The notes beneath the pieces are model-generated. The model was not told the origin of the DNA. It saw only the letters and a list, made by a program, of their open reading frames with translations, and searched no databases. Positions 53,523 through 63,530 of a stretch of DNA of 64,000 bases are shown here, piece after piece. Position numbers and translations under genes: made by a program. Position 1 is the stretch's first letter, and each line of letters starts with the position of its first letter. The DNA is from a virus, in IMG/VR virus record IMGVR_UViG_3300027608_000016, positions 63,874 to 127,873 of that record. The stretch is one strand, 5' to 3'.

Positions 53523-53966
53523 TTACTTCAAGCTATAAGCATAACCTTCTTTTTGGTTTTTCTCAATATTGCAAGGAATGTTTTTCAAAAGTGCATGAAT
53601 TGACATTGTTGTAGTATTAACACCTACATTTGAAAGATTGCGTTGAATTTCTTTCAATTTCATCGGAGCAGTAGCATCTTTTAAGACACTCAAAATTTTG
53701 CTCGATACTGGAGAGGGCCATACTTTATTTTTAACAGCCTTAGAATTTTTAACGATACTAGGTGCTTTATAAGAAGTATTGTGGTTTTTCGCATACATCT
53801 TAAAGAGGGTTTTAAGTTCACTCTTTTTCTTTTTCAGTTTATCCGTAAGTTTGACAATACTTTCCGTTTGAGTTTTTACCAAACGATTGAAGGTTTTTTC
53901 AATTTGAACATCTAGGATTTGACGATGTTCGTTGAATTTTTCAATTAGTGATAGACGTTTTTTCAT
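53523..53966 (-). CDS. Basic coiled-coil protein with possible C-terminal winged helix
   Basis: Start MKKRLS after a CA-rich leader; ILSVLKDATAPMKLKEI. Confidence 0.55.
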   Translation of the reverse strand: MKKRLSLIEKFNEHRQILDVQIEKTFNRLVKTQTESIVKLTDKLKKKKSELKTLFKMYAKNHNTSYKAPSIVKNSKAVKNKVWPSPVSSKILSVLKDATAPMKLKEIQRNLSNVGVNTTTMSIHALLKNIPCNIEKNQKEGYAYSLK

Positions 53967-54046
53967 GGTGTGTGTTTTTGTGTTTTGTGTGTGTTTCGAT
54001 TGAGCTTTTAATATAAATATTCGTGGAAATATTGCAAGATTATTTT

Positions 54047-54436
54047 TCAATATTCGCTAGTGAGCATTACAACCCTCAAACCGTTCTCCCCACGGTTAGC
54101 ATAAAGTTTAACGTGATTAAGAGGAAAATCAGTGTATTCAATCAGTTGAGTGTAAAGAACATTCCCGTTTCCATCATCCACTTTAACCACTGCTTTAGGA
54201 TTTGAAACTTGTGCTTTATTCTGAATAGTCAATTCAACAACTGTAAATGGTTCATTGGCAATAATTTCCTCAATGCTGCCAATAATATCCATGAGCCAAT
54301 AACATTCTCCATTATCAGCCAACCATTTAGCACCATCAGTGAGAACAGTTTTAGGAAAGAGGATGCTAAATCGGTGGTATTCTTCTGTTCCAAAGAATCC
54401 ATCCATTCCAGTTCTAAGTTCGTGTGCAGATTTCAT
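54047..54436 (-). CDS. Conserved protein (DUF6876-like)
   Basis: FFGTEEYHR...LTDGAKWLA...YWLMDII...DDGNGN...IEYTDFPL...MLTSEY. Confidence 0.75.
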   Translation of the reverse strand: MKSAHELRTGMDGFFGTEEYHRFSILFPKTVLTDGAKWLADNGECYWLMDIIGSIEEIIANEPFTVVELTIQNKAQVSNPKAVVKVDDGNGNVLYTQLIEYTDFPLNHVKLYANRGENGLRVVMLTSEY

Positions 54437-55885
54437 TTAAAGAATATACGCTCTATTTCAAAGATTGTCGAACATTTTCTACAAGTTGTTTAGAAGTCCA
54501 GAAATTTGTATGTCCTAATGCTCCTAGAATCCTTGACATTTCGATTCCAATATGTTCTTGCTCTGGATATTCATACCTTTCATTACGAGGAAAGTTCTTC
54601 TTATCGTTGACAAAATCCAAACACTTCTGCCATTCTCCAGCTTCAAACAGGTCACAAAGAGTTAATAGAACCTTTCGTTGCCTTTTATTAAACGTGCCTT
54701 TATGATTGATTCTGGCACGTTCTGCTACCATGTCAACCTCAATTAGCTTGTAGATGTTCATGTTACTTTGCAATCTTAATCAGTTGCTGCAAGGCGTAGT
54801 AATCAGGGTTAATGATATATACAATACTGTCGAATATACCATCAAAAGCCATAGTCCCGAAAATGACACAAATAGCAATGATCAATACCTTAATCACTTT
54901 TTTATCGAATTCCTCACTTCGAGTGAAAAAACCGTCAGTGTCAGTATCAGCCTTGAAAAGAGGCCAAACTTTCTTTACTCCAATAGTCAGAGCTACTATC
55001 AGAATGGTGAAAATGGTAATATTCTGGATTGCTGTGACTTTAGCTTGGAATCGGAGAACTTCCCAAAGGTGTTCAATGGAAGTTCCAAGTTTAGTTGATA
55101 GTAATGTTAGTGATTTGGCGAGTTCGTCGTTCATGGTTTTAGATTATAGATTTCTGTTTAAATGTCAAATTTATTCGCTTTCATCGCAGGTTTCATCCCC
55201 TTCATCAAAATCTTGCTCACCACTTTCCATATCGTGAGAGAACTGTGCATTACATTTATCACATTGGAAATAGGTCATTTGTGCAAAGGGAGAGCCAACA
55301 TCAACCCATGTGTGACCTTCTGGTAAGAATGTAGTGTTTTTAGGCATGGTTTGAATATATTACATCTGTGGTCGAGTGTCAATAGAAATCAATTCAGATC
55401 GAACTAACTGTAAAGCAGCACACAAAGATAGAATAGCATCATACAAAAGTTCTTCGTTATGAGTAGGGTTTGGACTCTTATTCGAGTAAATTTCATTGGC
55501 TTTGTCACTAGCGTCATCAATAAATTTTTGAATGTTTGGATTTACTTTCATGCTCTGAATATATCTAAAAACGGAAATATGTAAAGATTTATTCCTCTTC
55601 CAGTGTTAGTTGATGCTCTTCATACCAAGAAATCTGTCCATGCCCATCTACATCCAAACAATAACTCTTCACATGATTCCCTCCAAATGCGTGAGCGTAA
55701 GTGTGCATAACTGTCGCAAGTTTATCTGAAGGGAAATGACTCATACCCGCCCCCAAATCCTTAGCTATTTTCACACGGCTACCTATCGGAAATTTCTGGT
55801 CTTTAGGTGCTTTCGTCTTGGCAACCTTTCGCAGTCCAAATTGGTGATAAGATTGAGCTTCGTTAGTTCGTTGTTGTTGCGTCAT

Positions 55886-56219
55886 AGTCCAAACACTTTA
55901 CCTATATCCCAAAAACTTACAAGACATTTTTAATGGAATGTTTCGTTCTTTGTTCTTGTCTTTTATAATATAGATGATAGTATATTTACATAATAAAGAA
56001 CTGGAAGAGCCTCGAACCTAAATCAGGGCTAACAGGAGATAAACCTCCGAGGGTAGGGCACCGAAGGCTGCTCAAATTACAAGAAGAAAAAAATTCAGAA
56101 TTGTCTTGAACATAAAGGGAAAACATATAAGGTGGTTGGTTCTGACATACATATCACGTATTAAAAAATTATCAAAAAGAAAGTCTTGCAAATAGAAAAA
56201 AATTGTCCATTATCGAAAC
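55886..56219. promoter_or_regulatory. Divergent intergenic region where gene orientation switches
   Basis: Genes to the left are on the minus strand, genes to the right on the plus strand; TCTTGC...TATCGA promoter-like element before 56220; GC-rich hairpin cluster at 56007-56073. Confidence 0.6.
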
Positions 56220-56963
56220 ATGAAAACCGCATTAACTCTAGTAAGTGGAAACGCAAAAATTGGCCCTATTCCAGTTACCATTACTTCAAACGTATCTTGT
56301 CCTCCTAGTTGTCCTTTGAATCATGCTAACAATGGAGGGTGCTATGCTGAATATGGCCCTCTAGCTATTCATTGGAAAAAAATCTCTACTGGTGAACGTG
56401 GAGACGATTACGACACTTTCATTGAAAAGATTAAAAACCTTCCTACTGGTCAATTCTTCCGTCACAATGCTGCGGGTGATTTGTATGGCAATGGGGAGAA
56501 TATCGAAGTGAATAAGCTGGTAGAGTTGGTATTGGCAAACACTGGAAAAAAAGGCTTCACTTATACACACAAGTATAACACGGAAAAAAACATGAAGGCA
56601 ATTAAGTTTGCAAATGAAAACGGTTTCACTGTAAATATCTCTGCTAACAGTATTGAACACGCTAACGAAATGGTTGGTAAGGGTGCTCCTGTTGTCACTA
56701 TCCTGCCATTAGAATATCAACGCAAGTATAAACAAGGGGGAGAGTGGTTGGAAACGGAAGCAGAATATAAACAACGCATTAGTTCCTTGCCACAAAGGTT
56801 GGAAAAAGGAAACAAGGTTACTGTGTGTCCTGCAACTTACAAAGACAATGTAACTTGCAATTCATGCCGCTTGTGTCAAAAGGCAAACCGTTCCACTGTG
56901 GTTGGTTTCCCTGTTCATGGAGCTAAGAAAAAAACCGCTGAACTTATAACAATTAAAAAATAA
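56220..56963 (+). CDS. Gp88-like Cys-cluster protein without leader
   Basis: SCPPSCP...GCYA...FRHNAAGD...FTYTH...CPA...CNSCRLC. Confidence 0.75.
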   Translation: MKTALTLVSGNAKIGPIPVTITSNVSCPPSCPLNHANNGGCYAEYGPLAIHWKKISTGERGDDYDTFIEKIKNLPTGQFFRHNAAGDLYGNGENIEVNKLVELVLANTGKKGFTYTHKYNTEKNMKAIKFANENGFTVNISANSIEHANEMVGKGAPVVTILPLEYQRKYKQGGEWLETEAEYKQRISSLPQRLEKGNKVTVCPATYKDNVTCNSCRLCQKANRSTVVGFPVHGAKKKTAELITIKK

Positions 56964-57715
56964 ATCTTGCCATTAGAAAAAAATCAGATACTATAAAAGA
57001 CTATGCCAAATCATACCTCAAACGTCCTAGAACTTCTTGATAAGTCTCTTAATCTCATAGAAATCTTGAAACCATATACAAAACTTGATGAAGGTGATGA
57101 TATGAACAGTATTTCCTTCGATAAAATTAGTCCTACTCCAGAAGAACTAAAAGGTTTAGATGCTCCTGCAAAGGTTAAAACACAAGAGGAAATAGATGTT
57201 TCTTGGAAAAAATATAATGATAATTTTGAGAAACTTTCTGAACATGAAAAAAGTCTTGGTCGTCCTTTTAATTTGGGAATGACACAAGAACATAGTGAAG
57301 GACTTATTGCCAAGTATGGATTTAATAATTGGTATGATTGGAATGTGGCGAATTGGGGGACTAAATGGGACGCATACGATACTTATACGTTTAATGAAAT
57401 TACTACAAGTTTTAATACTGCTTGGAGTCCTCCTATTAAAGCAATTCAGAAACTCGCTGATTTGACAGGACACACTTTCGTTCTCACTTATCTAGGAGAA
57501 GGTGGGGAATATATCGGAAGGGCTACTTGTTCGCCAAATGGAGAGGTCAATGATGAATACCATGACGATATTGAATGTGCGCCAGATGAATTAAAGGAAT
57601 TTATGGGATACGAGGAAAATGTTGATGAAGAGGATTGAGAAAAAAACCGCTGAATTGGTAACGATTAAAAAATAAATCTTGCCATTAGAAAAAAATCAGA
57701 TACTATAAAAGACTA
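56926..57715 (+). repeat. 78-bp near-identical direct repeat (56926-57003 and 57638-57715) flanking gene 57003..57638
   Basis: AGAAAAAAACCGCTGAA...ATTAAAAAATAAATCTTGCCATTAGAAAAAAATCAGATACTATAAAAGACTA twice. Confidence 0.9.
57003..57638 (+). CDS. YubB/DUF1281-like ferredoxin-fold protein
   Basis: MPNH..N...WYDWNVANWGTKWDA...FNTAWSPP. Confidence 0.8.
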   Translation: MPNHTSNVLELLDKSLNLIEILKPYTKLDEGDDMNSISFDKISPTPEELKGLDAPAKVKTQEEIDVSWKKYNDNFEKLSEHEKSLGRPFNLGMTQEHSEGLIAKYGFNNWYDWNVANWGTKWDAYDTYTFNEITTSFNTAWSPPIKAIQKLADLTGHTFVLTYLGEGGEYIGRATCSPNGEVNDEYHDDIECAPDELKEFMGYEENVDEED

Positions 57716-57735
57716 ATAAACAACCAAACAATACT

Positions 57736-58284
57736 ATGAGCACACGAGCATTTGTCGGATATAAACACAGAAAACAAAAACCTAAAGGATGGTATTCACA
57801 TTCAGACGGATACCCCTCCTATCTTGGGGATGAAGTCTTGAAAAAGGCTAATGCATATACTTCAAAACAATTGCTTGCTTTCTTCAAACGTATCAAATGG
57901 GTTAAAGAAAATGAAAATCGTGATGCGTATGATAACCATAAGTCCATTTTAGATGAAGATTGGAACACCTTTAATCCTGTTTTGGTAAGTGGGGGTGAAT
58001 TCTATAAAGATGGATTGTTTTGTGAATACGCATATATCTTCAACTTTGACAATGACACGTTGGAGTTCTACACTGGATTTGGCACTGAACCTACTACTGG
58101 ATTGGAGAAGTGGGTTTGTGAAAGTGGAGGCACGAAATACTATGTTAAACGTGCTCATGTATTTAAGTTGAAAGATGTATTCAGCTTATACAATGGGAAA
58201 GTCAGTCTCACAAAACTGGTGCAGATAATGGAACTTACTTCTAAACTCGCTAAGAACGACTTGGAAGAGATTGAACTTGACTAA
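57736..58284 (+). CDS. Conserved phage protein
   Basis: MSTRAFVG...YSHSDGYPSYLG...CEYAYIFN. Confidence 0.75.
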   Translation: MSTRAFVGYKHRKQKPKGWYSHSDGYPSYLGDEVLKKANAYTSKQLLAFFKRIKWVKENENRDAYDNHKSILDEDWNTFNPVLVSGGEFYKDGLFCEYAYIFNFDNDTLEFYTGFGTEPTTGLEKWVCESGGTKYYVKRAHVFKLKDVFSLYNGKVSLTKLVQIMELTSKLAKNDLEEIELD

Positions 58285-60321
58285 ATTACTACAATGCACG
58301 AATATATCAGAGTGAAATATTTGAAATTCCTCTTCATCGCCTTTTGTGTGATTTATACGATTATATCATTGTTTAATGGAAGCATTGGGAAATTTATTCG
58401 TTGACACTTTTCACAAAACCTGTAATATACAAACACTATGCAACTCAAAAAGATAACCACTGGATTCGTAATTCAAACTATTGACACCGAAACTGGAAAA
58501 CTGATCAATCAAGAATTCATTGCAGGAGATCAATGTGATTATGAAGATGAAGAGGGAAACACTATTGATCCAGAAGAGTGTTTCGATGATGATGTGCCTT
58601 ATTTCCCCTATGATATGGTTCAACCCTAATCTATGAAACTTGAATTCCCAAAGGATAATGTTGATCTAGGCACAAGACTGTTTAGGAACAATCTTGAAAT
58701 CACTAACAATGGTGGTTGGTTGAAGAGGATGTTTGCCAATGGACAGATTGCAAGGTTCTTTTATAAGAGGTGGAATATCTTCTTCAAGTGAAATTTATAT
58801 TGAAAATAATCAATTGGTTAAGAGGTTTTCGTTGACATTTTAAACCGAATCTATATTCTAATTATATGAAACTAACACTAGACACACCCGCTAAAGTAAA
58901 AGCCTTTGCTGAAAAGGTTAAAGCATCCTACAAGAAACTATCAGATGGTTTGTCTGCTGGAGGATTCACTTTTGATGATTGGGATAAAGAGCAAAACGAA
59001 TTGGAAGCGGAATTGGATGAAGCACAGAAGTTACTTCCTAGTGGTCTTTGCGTTGGAAGAGCGGTTCATTTCGGTGTTGCTGATGGATATGCAACTTATC
59101 TAATCACCAAGCTAGGCAAACGTATCTCTAAAGTAGTTCACCTTCCATTTGGGGATGCTTATCGTTATCAAGGGGTGGAAGCTGATGGAAGCGTTTTCAC
59201 AAGTTGTCTGCGCTAAGGTTTGAACTTGCATTAAATCGAAAACAATATACAATACTACCATGAACACTGAACAAACTATTACCCTTGTCATAATCTCTTC
59301 AATCCTTCTTATTGGGATAATTCTCGTCCTATTGGAACGGGATTGGGATCATCCTAATAGAGGTGCTTTAGGAATTTTCATCAATATCATCATACTGTTT
59401 TTTGGATTTGGGGTATACGGAAATACTGCTGATTTCAAACAAGTCAAGGAAGAAATAACAGTGGAATTATCTTATTCATCCACTATTGTTATTGGGGTTT
59501 ATGAAGGGGAAGTTGTTTGGAAATCTAATGACTATAAAACAGTGACAGAAACTAAAAATCTTACTCATGCTAAGTTGGTAAAGACTTCATCCTACAATCT
59601 TTACAATTCTAGGAACATGAACCCTCCTAAATACGAACTTGCTCGTTGACATTTTCATCTGATTTCTGTAACGTAATTCCATGACACCAACAATTCAAGA
59701 CATTCAGGCTCACTATGATAAAACCATTGGAGCATTTCAAACAAAGGTAGGAAAATTAAACCCTGTGATTGGACGCATACAATTGAATAGAACTACTGCT
59801 TGTCGAGTTGTAGATGTAAATATCCATGTTAGTGTAGATGAAGCACAAGCAGACGAATTTAGGGAGTGTGTGAGAGCGTTTTTTAAGAAGTATCTCATTA
59901 AAACAGATGTGATTCGTTGCTGGTTTTCTGGATATAACAAACGTATTCATATCGTAGCACAAGTTCAAAACTGGATGAACTTATTCGATACTGTCCAATT
60001 TGAAAATGGAAATCTGCGTCTCGTATTGGATGTGGTAGATAAAAACAAAAGTAATTGACAATTTTAGATAAATAGTTCAAAGTATTTAAACATGAAAGAT
60101 AACAAAGGTAATCCACTAGAAATTGGCGACAAGGTATTTGCATACAATCCAGAAAACGGAAACGAGTTTGTAGGAACAATCGAAGGAATCAAGAAAGACA
60201 ATGATGGGTCTTTTTATGCAGAGGTTTCAGATCAAGACTACGAAATTTTCTGTCTCAATTCAGAGGATTTGATTTTAGAAACTGTTTGACAATATATCTG
60301 AAAAGTATATAGTTCTATTCT

Positions 60322-60804
60322 ATGGACAAATATACACCAGAAAATATCACAGAACTTGAACCTAATGAAATTTTTGTATTTGGATCGAATTTTCTCGGCC
60401 ATCATTCCGGTGGAGCGGCAAAGGTAGCACATGAGAAGTTTGGAGCAGTATGGGGAGTTGGTTATGGACATACTGGACAGTGTTTTGCCATTCCTACTCT
60501 AAAAGTTGGTGCTTCCAGTGGTTCATTGGAGAAACTTGAACTGTGGGAAATCGAAGCAATGGTCAAAGCGTTTTTCCTATATGCCAAATACAACCCTGAT
60601 TTGACTTTTTACTTCACTAAGATTGGTTTGGGGATTGCAGGATATGAACTAAAGGATATTGCAAGAATTGTAACTACCGAGTATAATTGGGTAGCAGATG
60701 AATTTATTCCTTTTATTATCCCTTCAAATGTCATTCTCCCCAAAGAGTTTATGGACTTTGCAGAGGGCTTTGCAGAAGAATATAAAAATAACTCTTGCAA
60801 TTAA
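60322..60804 (+). CDS. Phage non-structural protein with macrodomain-like IFVFGSN motif
   Basis: EIFVFGSNFLGHHSGGAAKVA...GQCFAIPT...FYFTKIGLGIAG. Confidence 0.75.
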   Translation: MDKYTPENITELEPNEIFVFGSNFLGHHSGGAAKVAHEKFGAVWGVGYGHTGQCFAIPTLKVGASSGSLEKLELWEIEAMVKAFFLYAKYNPDLTFYFTKIGLGIAGYELKDIARIVTTEYNWVADEFIPFIIPSNVILPKEFMDFAEGFAEEYKNNSCN

Positions 60805-60832
60805 ACAAATAATAGCCTACTATACACGCCTT

Positions 60833-61153
60833 ATGAAAACAGATACAACTGACACAACTGAAACTACAACTGAAACCGCAACTGTGGATGTTAATACTTC
60901 TGCAATTCCTACCGCTACTAAACCTGCTGCAAAGCGTGGTAAGAAACGCATGGATGTTACACTGGTCTTTAACGAGCCGCAAATGTCCATCAAGGAGATT
61001 GCAGAGGCTTCCAAGGTGTCTCATGCTATCACCTATCTTCGCATCCGTGAAATGATTGGTGCTGGCAAGGTGGCAATCGTTGGTAGCCGTCGCAAGGAAG
61101 GTGCAAAGGGCAAGGCAACCATCATCTACGGCAAGACAGAGAGTTTCGCCTAA
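60833..61153 (+). CDS. Small winged-helix DNA-binding protein with Thr-rich N-terminus
   Basis: MSIKEIAEASKVSHAITYLRIREMIGAGKV...GKATIIY; hairpin follows. Confidence 0.65.
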   Translation: MKTDTTDTTETTTETATVDVNTSAIPTATKPAAKRGKKRMDVTLVFNEPQMSIKEIAEASKVSHAITYLRIREMIGAGKVAIVGSRRKEGAKGKATIIYGKTESFA

Positions 61154-61167
61154 GCTGGAAAAAAATC

Positions 61168-61200
61168 GGGCGGTAGGTAGTTTGAACTGCCTACCGCTTC
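61168..61200 (+). terminator. Intrinsic terminator-like hairpin
   Basis: GCGGTAGGTAG-TTTGAA-CTGCCTACCGC followed by a T-rich tail. Confidence 0.7.
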
Positions 61201-61611
61201 TCGATTTAATTTGACTTCCTTCCCATTTAATTTATTATAAAACTATGAAAGAAATTTACATGATCTTTGAGGATGTTCCATATTGTGAAGATGGGAACTA
61301 TGGAGTGGAATCTAGGGCTTGCCACAATTTCGGATTCTTCACTGATCCTTATGCAGCAGAAGATTACGCTAAAGAAGTAAATGATAACCCTGTTCAGAAC
61401 GATCCTGATTCAGACGATTTCGATCCAGAACGGTTCTTCTTCAAAGCTGTTAAACTTCATGAACAATAATACTCTATCGGAATTGGATGCTTTCATTGCA
61501 GAGATTGTAATGGGAACTTCCGTAACTTGGGGAACTCGAAGAATAGAGGATGTTCAAGATTGACAAATTTTTAATATATGATAACATGAGAGTGAATAAA
61601 TAATGTAATAT

Positions 61612-61892
61612 GGGTGTATAGTCCAACGGCAGAGACAACAGACTTTTTGTAATATAATAAAAACTTGAGCTTCATTTGAGAAATCTTATGAATGTCGCCT
61701 TTCAAATTCGGTGAAAGCTTAACTGCCAATACCGAGCCAAGCCTAGAAATAGGAAGGTGTAGAGACTTGACGGAAGGAACCTAAAGCAGAAGCTATGGTT
61801 AAGGTAAAGTCCAGCGCACAAATCGCAAGAATAACGAAAGTTATAGTGTGAAGAAAATCTGTAAAGTGAAAGTTCGAATCTTTCTACACCTA
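61612..61892 (+). tRNA. trnL: tRNA-Leu(UAA) interrupted by a group I intron
   Basis: Exon 1 61612-61645 GGGTGTA-TA-GTCCAACGGCAGAGAC-A-ACAGA-CTT; exon 2 61854-61892 AAAA-TCTGT-AAAGT-GAAAG-TTCGAAT-CTTTC-TACACCT-A; spliced loop CU-UAA-AA. Confidence 0.9.
61646..61853 (+). ncRNA. Group I self-splicing intron (IC3-like, 208 nt, no ORF)
   Basis: IGS TTGAG pairs with exon CTT; P AAATTCGGTGAAA, Q AATACCGAGC, R GTGTAGAGACTTGACGG, S AAGGTAAAGTCC; terminal G at 61853. Confidence 0.9.
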
Positions 61893-61930
61893 CCTCCTAA
61901 TAAACATCTTGACAAACATATAAACGTCCT

Positions 61931-62410
61931 ATGAAACTATTGAATTTGCCTTGGAAGAACATTGAAGAATTGTATGGTAAGAATTTAACTATAAAGCACG
62001 TTTTCTTATTGGATGTTGATGAAAGAGGAGTTGAGACATTTGATCATTATCTTTACAGTATTAAACCAGATGTCGGAATAATACATAAAAAACAGATGTT
62101 ATGGCTGTGGTGTTATAAGAACCATAATTATTCTGTGCCACATCCAAGGTTTGATAGTTCTGTGCCTTCTAAGGAATCTCTTTATTATCTTGACCTTGAT
62201 GATCCATCTTTGAAATGGAGTGACGGAACTCCTCGCAAAGATTATTTATATGCTTTAAAATGGGACGACGATATTTACGATAAAATGTATACACCCTCTC
62301 ATGATTATAAAGAAGAGGGAAGATGGAAACCTTGTAATGGATATGGGGATGGCCCTAGGTTTTTAAACTCTATAGGCAACAAAAAGTTTTTGGCAATAGG
62401 TAAGAGATAA
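61931..62410 (+). CDS. Hypothetical protein
   Basis: ORF after TTGACA. Confidence 0.65.
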   Translation: MKLLNLPWKNIEELYGKNLTIKHVFLLDVDERGVETFDHYLYSIKPDVGIIHKKQMLWLWCYKNHNYSVPHPRFDSSVPSKESLYYLDLDDPSLKWSDGTPRKDYLYALKWDDDIYDKMYTPSHDYKEEGRWKPCNGYGDGPRFLNSIGNKKFLAIGKR

Positions 62411-63048
62411 CGATTGACAAATTTCTAATTTAATATATAAAAGACCTATGAACTTGTATAGAATATCACAACCTGAAGAGAATGTTAGTTACGACACCTT
62501 TGATTCTGCTATTGTAGCTGCTGAATCTGAAGTGGAAGCTGCTGTGATGCATCCTAATGGGCATCGGACTATTCCTGTTACAAGCGGTTATGTGAGTGGA
62601 TGTTGGGTGAATGATCCTAACCAAGTCAGTGTTGAATTTATTGGAGTTGCAAAAGAGGGAACTGTTGCTGGAGTTATTCTTTCTTCATATAATGCTGCAT
62701 AAGAGTTGACAAAAACATTCAAATATATATTATATAACCATGAACGAGATCGAAACTAAACTTGATAGGCTGGATGACCTTGAAGCGGAAAAGCAACGGA
62801 TTTTTCAATTCTTATATACTCGTTTAAAGCCTTTGCTGGCTCATTTAGAAGTTGAGGATTTTGACAATATTGAAAATGGATTCAACGGTCAATTTTATGT
62901 TACATATTCTGTTCTTGAGTGTGGTGAAGGTGGTGATGAATATTGGGGTAAAAGGGTTATAGTGGTTGATACTAAATACTTCGATAATCCTGAAGAATAC
63001 ATCGAAAAAAATTTGACAAAAACTGCAAAATCTGTATATTGATTACCC

Positions 63049-63459
63049 ATGAACGAGATCAAAGAAAAAATAAAACTGTTTGTAACACGTAGAAGTGAAG
63101 CAGCAGAGGCGTTGAACAGTATCACCCCTCTTTTGAAGCCTTATATGGATTTCATCAAATCAGATCATGATTGGGTGGATTATGTTCAATATGAAGATGA
63201 AACCAATCAAGTTGCGATTCATTACGAAGATTGGGATGAATTTTATCCTGAAGATAGGAGTAAAACAGAAAGAGTTGGATTGGATTATTTCGATGATCCT
63301 GAAGCATACGTTGCTAAACTAAAAGGGCAAAAGGAAAAGGCTGAAAAGGAAAGGGCAAGGCGTGATAAGGAACGCAAAGAAGAAGAATCACGAAAGGCTA
63401 AACTTGCTGAATTTGAACGACTTAAAAAAGAATTGTTCCCTGATGAAAAATCTGATTGA
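63049..63459 (+). CDS. Hypothetical protein, distant paralog of 62740..63042
   Basis: Both start MNEI and share (K/D)YFD(N/D)PE.Y. Confidence 0.65.
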   Translation: MNEIKEKIKLFVTRRSEAAEALNSITPLLKPYMDFIKSDHDWVDYVQYEDETNQVAIHYEDWDEFYPEDRSKTERVGLDYFDDPEAYVAKLKGQKEKAEKERARRDKERKEEESRKAKLAEFERLKKELFPDEKSD

Positions 63460-63530
63460 CGTTCTGGTTTATATTGATATACTTAAATTTAGTTCTGGAC
63501 ATTCATTCAATTTTAGAATACATTTAAACC

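Larger units (their letters stand above)
33952..55885 (-). other. Array of about 60 small minus-strand hypothetical genes, most with an individual sigma70-like promoter (putative early/host-takeover region)
   Basis: 60-180 aa ORFs separated by 25-40 nt spacers containing TTGACA/TTGCAA/TCTTG(C/A) and TAnnnT just before ATG. Confidence 0.8.
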
